Origin: Chloroflexota bacterium
GTDB lineage: Bacteria; Chloroflexota; Limnocylindria; P2-11E
Assembly (NCBI GenBank): GCA_038040265.1
Contig: JBBPIP010000008.1
Location: 24,844-88,843 of the forward strand
Direction of reading: 5' to 3'
Length of the DNA stretch: 64,000 bases
Under the pieces are notes generated by a model. It had not been told where the DNA came from. It ran no database searches and saw only the letters and a list, made by a program, of their open reading frames with translations. A program made the translations under genes and the position numbers. Position 1 is the stretch's first letter, and the number at the start of each line of letters is the position of its first letter. Below, piece by piece: positions 38,203 to 47,843 of the stretch.

Positions 38203-39347
38203 ATCCGTTCGTCGGCGCGACCGAGCGCGATCTCGCCCGGGCCGTCGCGGAGTGGTCCTCGACGTTGACCCCGCGCATCCCTGCCGCCGAGAAGGAAGGG
38301 GCGCTGCCCCGCGACCTGATCGCCGAGCTCGGGCGCCTCGGCGTGCTCGGCATGACCATTCCCGAGGCCGACGGCGGACTCGGTGCATCGGCGGTCGCGT
38401 TCGCGCTGGTCCTCGAGGAGCTCTCGGCGGCGTGGCCTTCGCTTGCCGTCGGGGTCGCCGTCAACAGCGGGATCGTCGCCGGGTCCGTCGTGCGCTACGG
38501 CACGCCGGAACAGCGCAAGCGCTGGCTGCCGAGGCTCATGGACGGGACCGGGCTCGGTGCGTTCGCCCTGACGGAGCCGACCTCGGGGAGCGACGCCGCG
38601 TCGCTCCGCATGACGGCGCGACGAGAGGGAAGCGCGTGGCGGATCGACGGGCGAAAGCAGTTCATCACCAACGCGCGCTACGCCCCGTTCGCGATCGTGC
38701 TCGCGCGGGTCGGCGAATTCGATCCCAAACGATCGAGCGCAGGGATCACCGCGTTTGTCGTCCCGCTCGACGCTCCCGGCGTTTCGATCGGGCCCTCCGA
38801 GCGCAAGCTCGGGCTTCAAGCGTCCGACACGAGCGCGCTGATCCTTGACGACGCCCGCGTCGGCGAGGATGCCATCCTCGGCGAGGTCGGAAAGGGTTTC
38901 GCCATCGCGATGTCGGGGCTCGACGGCGGGCGCATCGGCATCGCCGCGCAGTCCGTGGGCATCGCGCGGCGGGCGCTCGAGATCGCGCGCGCGTACTCGC
39001 TCGAGCGAAGGCAGTTCGGCCGTCCGATCGCGGATTTCGAAGGATTGCGTTTCAGGATCGCCAAGGCCGACGGCGATGTGGCCGCAGCGCGCCTGCTTGC
39101 GCTCCGCGCAGCCTGGCTTCGCGACCGCGGCAAGCCGTTCACGCGCGAAGCTGCCATGGCCAAGCTCTACGCGAGCGAGATGGCGCAACGCGCGACGCAC
39201 GCGGCGGTGCAAATACTTGGCGGCAACGGCTACATGCGGGACTACGCCGTCGAGCGGTACGCGCGCGACGGCCGCGCCACGACGATCTACGAAGGGACGA
39301 GCGAGATACAGCGCATCGTGATCGCGCGATCGCTCATCGCGGCATGA
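38199..39347 (+). CDS. acyl-CoA dehydrogenase
   Basis: GTG at 38199 overlaps the etfA TGA. ACAD motifs ([45 protein letters not shown]). Confidence 0.9.
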   Translation: MNPFVGATERDLARAVAEWSSTLTPRIPAAEKEGALPRDLIAELGRLGVLGMTIPEADGGLGASAVAFALVLEELSAAWPSLAVGVAVNSGIVAGSVVRYGTPEQRKRWLPRLMDGTGLGAFALTEPTSGSDAASLRMTARREGSAWRIDGRKQFITNARYAPFAIVLARVGEFDPKRSSAGITAFVVPLDAPGVSIGPSERKLGLQASDTSALILDDARVGEDAILGEVGKGFAIAMSGLDGGRIGIAAQSVGIARRALEIARAYSLERRQFGRPIADFEGLRFRIAKADGDVAAARLLALRAAWLRDRGKPFTREAAMAKLYASEMAQRATHAAVQILGGNGYMRDYAVERYARDGRATTIYEGTSEIQRIVIARSLIAA

Positions 39348-41011
39348 CCATAGAAAAGACGAAGACCAAGAAGCAGCGCTGGCTCGAGGAGCTGTACGGC
39401 CCGGCGGTGAAGAAGCACCCCGAGCGCAAGGGGCGCTTCTCGACGCTCTCGGACGAGGTGATCGGGCCGCTCTACACGGCGGAGGACCTCGAGGGGTTCG
39501 ACCCCGACCGCGATCTCGGCTTCCCCGGGGAGTTCCCGTACACGCGCGGGGTGCAGCCCTCGATGTATCGCGGCCGGCTCTGGACGATGCGTCAGTTCGC
39601 GGGATTCGGCTCCGCGGAAGACACGAACGAGCGCTTCCACTACCTCCTGAAGCACGGCGTCGACGGCCTTTCGGTCGCGTTCGATATGCCGACGCTCATG
39701 GGACGCGACTCCGACGATCCGCTCTCGCGCGGCGAGGTCGGACGCGAGGGCGTCGCCGTCGACACCCTGCGCGACATGGAGATCCTCTTCGACCGCATCC
39801 CGCTCGACCGGGTCACCACGTCGATGACCATCAACGGTCCCGCCTCCATCGTCTGGGCCATGTACCTCGCCGCGGCGGAGAAACGCGGCATCCCGCTCGA
39901 TCGGCTCGGCGGGACGATCCAGAACGACGCCCTCAAGGAGTACATCGCGCAGCGCGAGTGGATCGTTCCGGTGAAGCCCGCCATGAATCTCGTGGTCGAC
40001 ACGTTCCGCTACGGCTCGCGCGACGTACCGCGATGGAACACGATCTCGATCTCCGGCTATCACATCCGCGAAGCGGGCGCGACTGCGCTGCAGGAGCTCG
40101 CGTTCACGCTCATCGATGGCCTCGAGTACGTGAAGTGGGGCGTCGAAGCCGGGCTCGACGTGAACGACTTCGTGCCGCACCTCTCGTTCTTCTTCGATGT
40201 CCACAACGACTTCTTTGAGGAGATCGCGAAGTTCCGCGCGGCCCGCCGCATCTGGGCGCGCGAGATCGAACGCCGCTACCACCCGACGAACGAGCGCGCT
40301 CTCCTCATGCGCACTCACGCGCAGACCGCCGGCGTATCGCTGACCGCACAGCAGCCGTACAACAACGTCGTCCGCGTGACGCTGCAGGCGCTCGCCGCGG
40401 TACTCGGCGGGACGCAGTCGCTCCACACGAACTCGCTCGACGAGACCTACGCCCTCCCGACGCAGGAGGCGGTGACCCTCGCGCTCCGGACGCAGCAGGT
40501 GATCGCCCACGAGTCCGGCGTCGCCGACACGATCGACCCGCTCGCGGGGTCGTACTACCTCGAGTCGCTCACGCAGCGCATGGAGGACGGCTTCGACCGG
40601 TACCTCAGCGAGATCGAGAAGATGGGCGGCATGGTCGAGGCGGTCGAGCGGGGGTATCCGCAGCGGGAGATCACCGAGGCCTCGTTCCACTTCCAGCAGC
40701 AGGTCGAGGAAGGGGAGAAGGTCGTCGTCGGGATCAACAAGTACGCCACGAGCGAAGAGGCACCGATCCCGACGCTCGCGATCGACCCCGACGTCGAGCG
40801 AAAGCAAAACGAGCGTCTCGCCGAGACGCGGAAGACGCGCGACCCGGGCCGCTGGAAAGAATCAATTGACGCACTCCGGCAGGCCGCCAAGAGCGGAGAC
40901 GAGCTCATGCCCAGGTTCCTGGAGGCCGCGAGAGCAAACGCAAGCGTCGGCGAGCAGGTACTTGTCCTGAAGGAGGTGTTCGGTGAATACCACGATCCGG
41001 GGTACTTCTAG
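39344..41011 (+). CDS. icmA: B12-dependent acyl-CoA mutase large (substrate-binding) subunit, isobutyryl-CoA-mutase-like
   Basis: [32 protein letters not shown] and [21 protein letters not shown]. The Phe in RQF and the Gln in IAQ occupy positions where methylmalonyl-CoA mutase has Tyr89/Arg207 (from memory). There is no B12 domain in this polypeptide. Confidence 0.88.
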   Translation: MTIEKTKTKKQRWLEELYGPAVKKHPERKGRFSTLSDEVIGPLYTAEDLEGFDPDRDLGFPGEFPYTRGVQPSMYRGRLWTMRQFAGFGSAEDTNERFHYLLKHGVDGLSVAFDMPTLMGRDSDDPLSRGEVGREGVAVDTLRDMEILFDRIPLDRVTTSMTINGPASIVWAMYLAAAEKRGIPLDRLGGTIQNDALKEYIAQREWIVPVKPAMNLVVDTFRYGSRDVPRWNTISISGYHIREAGATALQELAFTLIDGLEYVKWGVEAGLDVNDFVPHLSFFFDVHNDFFEEIAKFRAARRIWAREIERRYHPTNERALLMRTHAQTAGVSLTAQQPYNNVVRVTLQALAAVLGGTQSLHTNSLDETYALPTQEAVTLALRTQQVIAHESGVADTIDPLAGSYYLESLTQRMEDGFDRYLSEIEKMGGMVEAVERGYPQREITEASFHFQQQVEEGEKVVVGINKYATSEEAPIPTLAIDPDVERKQNERLAETRKTRDPGRWKESIDALRQAAKSGDELMPRFLEAARANASVGEQVLVLKEVFGEYHDPGYF

Positions 41012-42746
41012 GGACAGGGGTAGGGGCCCCTGGGCGCAGAGCGCTCTCGTCGCGAAGATATCTGGGGCGCACCGTTCGATGCGGGAGGCGATCGGGGCTC
41101 TGCCGGCGCCGCGCTGGGGCGAGAAGCTTCCAGCGGGCTGGACGCTGAAAGAGATGGTCGGCCATCTGGCGTACTGGGAAAGCACGATTCCCGCGTTCGT
41201 CGATTCGCTTCGCACCAGGACGCCGCGCGACGGCGACGCCGACGTCGACGAGCAGAACGCGCGCGCGGCGGCCGAGGCGCGCGGCCTCTCACGGGACGAG
41301 GTGCTGCGTCGCTGGGACGACTCGCATGCCGAGATGCTCGAGGTCGCGCGGGGCCTGACCGACACCGAGCTGGCGGACGACACGTTCATGAAGAAGTTCG
41401 AGGGCGAGAGCTACGGTCATTACCCGGACCACTACGCAGACCTCGCCGCCGCGATCAAGGACAAGGACGACGTCCTCGCGCTGGTGCAGACGTCGTGGAC
41501 CAATTTCCGCCTGGCGATCGGCTCCATCGGCCTCCCCGGCCTCGAGCGCGAGACATCCACCGGTTGGACATATAAGGACCTCGCCGCGCACGCCGCAGCT
41601 TGGGAGGACCGGACGGCGACGCGCCTCCGAACGTTCCGCGAGAGCGGGTCAAAGACGTACCCAGGCGTCGACGACACCGACGCGTTCAACGCCGCGGTGG
41701 TCGAGCGTACCCGCGGCCGCGGCGCCGGCGAGGTCGTCCGCGAGCTCGACGCCGCCCACGCGCGGATCGTCGACGAGATCGGGAAGCTGACGCCGAAAGA
41801 GATCCACGCGAACGACGATTGGGTCATCGCGGTCGTCGCGGGGAACACGTACGGCCACTATGCCGAGCACCTCGACGAGGTCTTCGCCGCGGTGCCGAAG
41901 CGTCCGGCGGAACTCCTCGACAAGATGCGCGAAGGCTGGCGGCCCTTCCGGCGCTCGCTGAACCGCATCGGCCTCTCCACGTTGTCGGAGACAACGCCGA
42001 CCGGCTGGACCTACAAGGGAATGCTCGGCCATGTCGCTCACTGGATGGAGAAGCTGGCAGCGGAGCTGCCGAACCGTCTCGAGGGCCGCCGCGGCCCCTT
42101 CCCCGACGTCGATGCCGAAAACGCGCGCGAGGCCGAGGCTGGGAGGTCGGTATCTGCGCACGACGCCGTCGAGCGCGTGCTTAACGCATACAAGGACGTT
42201 GTTGACCTTGTGGCGGCTCTTCCTGCGGACCGCGACATCAACTTCCTCGCGGTGCGCCTCGTCGTCGGCGAGACGTACGACCACTTCGCCGAGCATCGCG
42301 GTGAGCTCGAGGCCGCACTGCCACGGACCGCGGCCGCGTATGTCGACCGCATCGAGAAGGTCTGGAAGCCGTTCCGCGCCGCGATCCGCGACCGCGGTCG
42401 GGCGGGTCTGGGCGAGCGCACATCGAGCGGATGGACGTACAAGGATCTCGTAGCGCACGCAGCCGGGTGGATGGCGCAAACCGTGCGCGAGATGCAGACG
42501 ATGGAATTCCCGACGGGCTGGACCAAGGAGACGATCCAGGAATTCAATGACCGCTCCGTACGGACGCATGAGCTCGTCGGACCCGAAGCGATGATCGACG
42601 AGCTGGACACGCTGCATGACCGGCTCGTGGAGACCCTGCGCGGGCTGGGTGATGGCGCCGTCGACGAGCGCATCGCCGGCACGATGCCCTACTACACGTA
42701 CCTCCACTGGGAGGAGCATTTCGCGGAGCTCGGCGTTCCTCTGTGA
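40983..42746 (+). CDS. protein of four tandem DinB/YfiT-like four-helix-bundle repeats
   Basis: Four ~140-aa repeats. Each has GWTxK(D/E/G)(L/M)xxHxAxW and a C-terminal HxxxH (GHYPDH, GHYAEH, DHFAEH, LHWEEH). The 3' end overlaps the B12-subunit start (GTGA). The 5' start is uncertain (GTG 40983 or later). Confidence 0.7.
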   Translation: MNTTIRGTSRDRGRGPWAQSALVAKISGAHRSMREAIGALPAPRWGEKLPAGWTLKEMVGHLAYWESTIPAFVDSLRTRTPRDGDADVDEQNARAAAEARGLSRDEVLRRWDDSHAEMLEVARGLTDTELADDTFMKKFEGESYGHYPDHYADLAAAIKDKDDVLALVQTSWTNFRLAIGSIGLPGLERETSTGWTYKDLAAHAAAWEDRTATRLRTFRESGSKTYPGVDDTDAFNAAVVERTRGRGAGEVVRELDAAHARIVDEIGKLTPKEIHANDDWVIAVVAGNTYGHYAEHLDEVFAAVPKRPAELLDKMREGWRPFRRSLNRIGLSTLSETTPTGWTYKGMLGHVAHWMEKLAAELPNRLEGRRGPFPDVDAENAREAEAGRSVSAHDAVERVLNAYKDVVDLVAALPADRDINFLAVRLVVGETYDHFAEHRGELEAALPRTAAAYVDRIEKVWKPFRAAIRDRGRAGLGERTSSGWTYKDLVAHAAGWMAQTVREMQTMEFPTGWTKETIQEFNDRSVRTHELVGPEAMIDELDTLHDRLVETLRGLGDGAVDERIAGTMPYYTYLHWEEHFAELGVPL

Positions 42747-43180
42747 AGCGACCCATCCGCGTCGTCGTCGCCAAGGCCGGTCTCGACGGTCACGATCGAG
42801 GCGCGAAGGTCGTGGCACGCGCGTTGCGCGATGCCGGGATGGAAGTGATCTACACGGGCGTGCACCAGACCCCGGAGCAGGTCGTCGAGACCGCGTTGCA
42901 GGAGGACGCCGACGCCATCGGCCTTTCGCTGCTCTCCGGCGCGCACAACTACATCTTTCCGCGGATCAGCGAGCTCATGAAGGAAAAGGGGCTCGATGAC
43001 GTGCTCCTCTTCGGCGGGGGCATCATCCCAGAGGCGGACTGGCCCGCGCTCTCGAAGGTCGGCGTGGAGAAGGTCTTTCCACCCGGGGCATCGCTCGAGG
43101 AGATCACCAAATACGTGCGCGAGGCCGTCCCACGGAAACGCGGCGGCATTGCCGCTGACCAAATAGCAGAAGGGGGATAG
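42743..43180 (+). CDS. icmB: acyl-CoA mutase small subunit (cobalamin-binding domain)
   Basis: [33 protein letters not shown] carries the DxHxxG B12-binding motif. 145 aa. Confidence 0.9.
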   Translation: MKRPIRVVVAKAGLDGHDRGAKVVARALRDAGMEVIYTGVHQTPEQVVETALQEDADAIGLSLLSGAHNYIFPRISELMKEKGLDDVLLFGGGIIPEADWPALSKVGVEKVFPPGASLEEITKYVREAVPRKRGGIAADQIAEGG

Positions 43181-43182
43181 AC

Positions 43183-43563
43183 ATGGCGAAGAAGGACGAC
43201 AGACCGATCGATGCAGGGCTGGCGGCGCTAGTCGGCAAGAGCGAGCAGGAGCTCATCGACTTCTGGAAGACACGGTTCGGGCTGATCGCGGCGATACCGA
43301 TGGACACGGCGCGGGTCGGCGCGCTCACGCCTCAGCTCCGCGAGCTTGTGCGCATCGAGAATCGCGAGGAGCGCAAGCGGCTCACCACGGCGCGGATGAA
43401 GGCCTTCGCTCAGCTGCCCGGCGAGCAGCAGGAGCGGATCACGATGACGCGCAAGGCGGCATACGACGTCGACCGCGGCGTCCTCGAGGAAGACCAGAAA
43501 ATGGTCGACGAGATCCTGCCGACCCTCCCCGAGGCAAAGGGCTACCCGACGGCGGCGCGTTGA
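43183..43563 (+). CDS. hypothetical protein in the mutase operon
   Basis: 126-aa ORF starting 3 nt after the B12 subunit. No recognised family. Confidence 0.45.
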   Translation: MAKKDDRPIDAGLAALVGKSEQELIDFWKTRFGLIAAIPMDTARVGALTPQLRELVRIENREERKRLTTARMKAFAQLPGEQQERITMTRKAAYDVDRGVLEEDQKMVDEILPTLPEAKGYPTAAR

Positions 43564-43570
43564 GCGCCGT

Positions 43571-44704
43571 TTGAACTTCTCGTACCGGGAAGACCAGCTC
43601 CTCGTCCGCGACACGGTCCGCGACTTCGTGCGGTCGCGGATCGTTCCGAACGCGGCCGCATGGAACGAGAAGGGCGAGTTCCCGCTGGAGCTTCTCCCGG
43701 AGCTGGCCGCGCTCGGCCTGACCGGGTTGGCCGTACCGCATGAGTACGGAGGCGCCGAGCTCGACACGCTCTCCATCGCGATGGTGATGGAGGAGCTTGG
43801 CGCAGGCGACGGCTCTGTGGCGCTCACCTTGGCCGCACATAACTCTCTCTGCATCGGCCACCTATTGGTCGGCGCGAGCGACGAGCAGAAGTCGCGCTGG
43901 CTGCCTCCTTTGGCGCGCGGCGAGTACCTCGGTTGCTGGGCGCTCACGGAACCCTCGTCAGGTTCCGACGCGATCAGCGTTCAGAGCCGAGCCACGCGCG
44001 ACGGCGACGACTACGTCCTCACCGGGACGAAGCAATTCATCACCAACGGGTCCATCGCCGGCTTCGCCGTGGTGATGGCCGGCGCCGGGGAGCGGAAACT
44101 CTCGGCCTTCGGCATGCCGCGCGACGCTCCCGGTCTTCGCGTCGGCCGTCGCGAAGAGAAGATGGGGCTGCATGCGTCGGACACCGCGCAGCTCGTACTC
44201 GAGGACTGCCGCGTTCCGGCCGCCGACCGGATCGGCCGCGACGGCGAAGCCTTCAATGATGTCAAGCGGGTCCTGGACAAGGGACGCATCGGCATCGGCG
44301 CGCTCGCGATCGGGCTCGGCCGCGCCTCGCTCGAGGTCGCGATCGGCTACGCCAAGGAGCGCAAGCAGTTCGGCAAACCGATCGCGGAGTTCGAGATGAT
44401 CCAGTGGCGTCTCGCGCGTGCCCGTACCGAGCTCGACGCCGCTCGTTTGCTGGTGCATCGCGCCGCGACCCTCGCCGACGCCGGGCTGCGGTTCACGGAC
44501 GCAGCGGCGAAGGCCAAGCTCTACGCGTCCGAGGCTGCGACGCGCGCCGCCGATAACTCGCTGCAGGTGCTTGGCGGCTACGGATACTTACAGGACTTCC
44601 CGATCGAGCGGCATCTGCGCGACGTGCGCCTGATGGAGATCGGCGAGGGCACCAGCGAGATCCAACGGATCGTCATCTCGCGCGAGCTCCTTCGCGTGGA
44701 CTGA
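43571..44704 (+). CDS. acyl-CoA dehydrogenase
   Basis: ACAD motifs (CWALTEPSSGSDA, QVLGGYGYLQDFPIERHLRDVRLMEIGEGTSEIQ). Confidence 0.92.
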   Translation: MNFSYREDQLLVRDTVRDFVRSRIVPNAAAWNEKGEFPLELLPELAALGLTGLAVPHEYGGAELDTLSIAMVMEELGAGDGSVALTLAAHNSLCIGHLLVGASDEQKSRWLPPLARGEYLGCWALTEPSSGSDAISVQSRATRDGDDYVLTGTKQFITNGSIAGFAVVMAGAGERKLSAFGMPRDAPGLRVGRREEKMGLHASDTAQLVLEDCRVPAADRIGRDGEAFNDVKRVLDKGRIGIGALAIGLGRASLEVAIGYAKERKQFGKPIAEFEMIQWRLARARTELDAARLLVHRAATLADAGLRFTDAAAKAKLYASEAATRAADNSLQVLGGYGYLQDFPIERHLRDVRLMEIGEGTSEIQRIVISRELLRVD

Positions 44705-45651
44705 TGCCGGCATGGAGGACCGCGACCAGCGATCTGCTCGCTCGCGCGCGCTCGGGCGACAAGCGATCCATCGCACGGCTCGTATCGGTGGTCGAGAACG
44801 ACGAGCCGGGTGCCGCCGAGGCGATGCGCGCGCTCTACCCGGAGACCGGTCGCGCCCAGATCCTCGGGATCACCGGCCCGCCGGGCGGGGGCAAATCCAC
44901 GCTCGTGAACCGCCTTGCCGGCGCGTACCGCGAGCGCGCCGCGCGTGTCGCGATCGTCGCGGTCGATCCTTCGAGTCCGTTCAGCGGCGGCGCGATCCTC
45001 GGCGACCGCATTCGCATGCGCGAGCGATTCCTCGACGACGGCATCTTCATCCGCTCGATGGCCAGTCGCGGGCACGCCGGAGGCCTCGCGCGAGCGACCT
45101 CGCGTGTGGTGAACGTGCTCGACGCGCTCGGTACCGACGTCGTGATCGTCGAAACCGTCGGTGTCGGTCAGGAGGAGGTCGACGTCATTCGCGTCGTCGA
45201 CACGGTCTGCCTCGTGACGGTGCCGGGCCTCGGCGACGACATCCAGGCGATCAAGGCCGGGGTTCTGGAGATCGCCGACGTGCTCGTCGTGAACAAGTCT
45301 GACCGGCCCGGCGCGGACGAGACCGCGCGCGATCTGGCGCAGATGCTCTCCCTCGCCAAGGACCGCCCGTGGAAGACCCCGATCCTTCGTACATCGGCGC
45401 AGACCGGCGACGGATTGCCGCAGCTCGTCGAGGCGATCGACAAGCACCGTGCGTGGTCGCGCGAGTCCGGCGAATATCTCGAGCGCCGCCGTGGCGCCGC
45501 GCGCGCCGAGGTCGAAGCGCTCCTGCGCGAGGCGCTTCTCCGCGAGCTCGAGGGCCGCGTCGGCGAGTCGCGCGTCGATGCCGCGGTGGCTCGCGTGGCG
45601 GAACGCTCGCTCGACCCATACGCCGCGGTCGAGGAGCTCCTGCGCGGTTGA
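44704..45651 (+). CDS. meaB: MeaB/ArgK-type G-protein chaperone of B12 mutases
   Basis: P-loop GPPGGGKST, VETVGVGQ, and NKSD (VVNKSD). Confidence 0.92.
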   Translation: MPAWRTATSDLLARARSGDKRSIARLVSVVENDEPGAAEAMRALYPETGRAQILGITGPPGGGKSTLVNRLAGAYRERAARVAIVAVDPSSPFSGGAILGDRIRMRERFLDDGIFIRSMASRGHAGGLARATSRVVNVLDALGTDVVIVETVGVGQEEVDVIRVVDTVCLVTVPGLGDDIQAIKAGVLEIADVLVVNKSDRPGADETARDLAQMLSLAKDRPWKTPILRTSAQTGDGLPQLVEAIDKHRAWSRESGEYLERRRGAARAEVEALLREALLRELEGRVGESRVDAAVARVAERSLDPYAAVEELLRG

Positions 45652-46385
45652 TCGAGCTCACGATCTTCCGCACCGGCGGGGTCGAGATCGGCGGATCCGC
45701 GTTCATGCCGGGCGCAACCGAGGACAAGACATTCGTTCCCGTGTGGTCCGCCCTGCTGCGAACCCCGGAGGGCAACGTTCTCTTCGACACCGGGCTTCAC
45801 CCCGTGCATGTCGAGAGGCCTGACGCGACCTTCGGCCCGGGTAGCCTCAAGGTGGTCATGGCGAAGGAGGACGCGGTGGTCGCGCGGCTCGCTTCGCTCG
45901 GTGTTCGCCCGGACGACGTCGCCATCGTCGTCAACAGCCATCTGCATTTCGATCACGCCGGCAACAACGGCGCGTTCCCGAAGGCGACGTTCATCGTCCA
46001 GGGCGACCACCTCGCGTTCGCGAAGGGAAAGCCGAACTTCCCAGGCGTCTACTGGGACATCCCCGAGCTCACCTACATGCCGGTCGCCGGCCGAACCCGC
46101 GTCGCGCGCGGCCTCGAGGTCGTGCCGACGCCGGGACACGCGCCGGGTCATCAGTCGCTCGTCGTCGATCTGCCTGAGACCGGGCGCGTCGTGTTGTGCG
46201 GTGACGCGGCGTTCACGCGGGAAAACCTCGAGCGTGGCGAGATCCGCGCGCCCGATGAAGCGGCGGCGAAGGACTCGCTCGCTTTGATTCGATCTCTCGT
46301 CAACGACGACCTCGATCGCGTCTTCACGAGCCACGACGCCGCGAGCTGGCCAGGCTGGCGGCACGCGCCCGAGACGTACCGGTGA
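45648..46385 (+). CDS. MBL-fold metallo-hydrolase
   Basis: HxHxDH motif (SHLHFDHAGN) and downstream TPGHAPGH. TTG at 45648 overlaps the meaB TGA. Confidence 0.8.
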   Translation: MIELTIFRTGGVEIGGSAFMPGATEDKTFVPVWSALLRTPEGNVLFDTGLHPVHVERPDATFGPGSLKVVMAKEDAVVARLASLGVRPDDVAIVVNSHLHFDHAGNNGAFPKATFIVQGDHLAFAKGKPNFPGVYWDIPELTYMPVAGRTRVARGLEVVPTPGHAPGHQSLVVDLPETGRVVLCGDAAFTRENLERGEIRAPDEAAAKDSLALIRSLVNDDLDRVFTSHDAASWPGWRHAPETYR

Positions 46386-47329
46386 CGCCGTTCGTCGTCG
46401 GCGTCCTTGCCCACGTCAAGTGGTTCACCGACCCGCGTCCGCATCCAACCCAGTACGACCTGCTTCTGAGCTGGCCGGTGATCGGCGCGTTCGCGATCGC
46501 GTTCGCGGCCGCGGGCGTCGCATACCTGATCCAGTACCGCGTGCCGGAGCCGAAGGCGATCAGCTCGCTCGAGCGATATGCCAAGACCGGGCCGCTCGCG
46601 CTTCGCATCGCGCTCGGGGTCGCGCTGCTCGCGGCCGCCGCGGCGGACTGGCTCTTCGTTCCGTCGCTCGTTCTCGGCAACGACCCCTCGGGGCTCGCGC
46701 TTCGGGCAGTCGAGGCGCTCTGCGGCCTCCTCCTGTTCGCCGGGCTCTTCACTCGCTACGCGGCGCTCGTCCTCGCGGTCCTCGGGGTCGTGGCGATGGT
46801 GCCGTTCAGTGTCGAGAGCATCCTCGAGCAGGTGCATATCCTCGGGATCGCGGTCTACCTCTTTATCGCGGGACCCGGGCAGGTGTCACTCGACGCTCGG
46901 CGCGACGCCGACCACTCGCTCGAACATCGCAAGGCGCCCGCCGCCGCGATCAACCTCTTGCGCATCGCGATGGGCTTCGGCATCGCCTACGGCGCGCTCA
47001 CCGAGAAGCTGCTCAACCCGCCCCTCGCCCAGGCCCTGCTCGATCAGAGCCCGTTCCTCAACCTGCTCCGGCCGCTCGGATTGAGCGACCCCTCCTTCAT
47101 CTGGATTGCCGGCCTGACCGAGCTCGCGATCGGCGTCGTGATCCTCTCCGGCCAGATCACGCGTCCGGTGATGGCGATCGGGTTTGCGCTGTTCACCGTG
47201 ACGCTCATCGTCTTCGGACTGCCCGAGTTCATCGGGCATCTGCCGTATTACGGGATCATGCTCACGCTCTTCATCGCGCCGGACGCGAACTCGTGGCGCG
47301 TGCAGCGGGCCCTGCGGAACGCGGCGTGA
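46382..47329 (+). CDS. DoxX-like polytopic membrane protein
   Basis: 315 aa, about 8 hydrophobic segments, GTGA overlap with the MBL gene. The family call is tentative. Confidence 0.55.
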   Translation: MTPFVVGVLAHVKWFTDPRPHPTQYDLLLSWPVIGAFAIAFAAAGVAYLIQYRVPEPKAISSLERYAKTGPLALRIALGVALLAAAAADWLFVPSLVLGNDPSGLALRAVEALCGLLLFAGLFTRYAALVLAVLGVVAMVPFSVESILEQVHILGIAVYLFIAGPGQVSLDARRDADHSLEHRKAPAAAINLLRIAMGFGIAYGALTEKLLNPPLAQALLDQSPFLNLLRPLGLSDPSFIWIAGLTELAIGVVILSGQITRPVMAIGFALFTVTLIVFGLPEFIGHLPYYGIMLTLFIAPDANSWRVQRALRNAA

Positions 47330-47330
47330 G

Positions 47331-47807
47331 CTAACCGAAGGCGAGCTTCAGATCCTCGCGGTCGTCCTCGACGTCTGGATTGCGCACCAGGTCGAGGAGC
47401 CGTGGATCGTTCGGGAGAACGATGCCGGCGAACCCCTGTGCTTCGCGCTCCGCCCGAAGCGTTTTCCACTCGGCGCGGCTTGCCGGCAACGCGCAGATTG
47501 ACCAGCGCTCCGCGACCCCCTCCGCGTCGGGAACGATCGTGGCGCCTGCGCTCGGTTCCGCGATCACGAGGCGTCCGCGCGAAAGGCGGTCGAGGGTGGC
47601 GCGGGTCTCCGCGCGGTCGATCGCGCCGACCACGACCAGACGCGCGCGCCACGTGGTCGCGGCGAGCGCGGCGGCGAGGATCCAGGGATCCTGATCGTCT
47701 CGCGCGAGCACCCAGAGGGAGTCGGCCCCCGCCGCCTCGAGAGCGCGAGCATCTGCGAACAGCTCGCCCACGTCGCCTCCGAGCCGCAACTCGGCCCCGA
47801 TCTTCAT
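47331..47807 (-). CDS. hypothetical protein (short luciferase-like-monooxygenase-related fragment?)
   Basis: 158 aa. N-terminus MKIGAEL...ALEAAGADSLWV resembles the LLM-family start, but the protein is too short for a full TIM barrel. Confidence 0.4.
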   Translation of the reverse strand: MKIGAELRLGGDVGELFADARALEAAGADSLWVLARDDQDPWILAAALAATTWRARLVVVGAIDRAETRATLDRLSRGRLVIAEPSAGATIVPDAEGVAERWSICALPASRAEWKTLRAEREAQGFAGIVLPNDPRLLDLVRNPDVEDDREDLKLAFG

Positions 47808-47843
47808 GGCAAGGCGATCCTAACGACCCCCTAGCATCGAGCG

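Noticed and set aside
45648-46385. Quorum-quenching pair (MBL lactonase-like gene plus the Ntn acylase at 62202..64000)
   Set aside because: The genes are 16 kb apart in different operons. HxHxDH and GSNCW motifs define broad superfamilies, and nothing in the sequence specifies acyl-homoserine lactone substrates.
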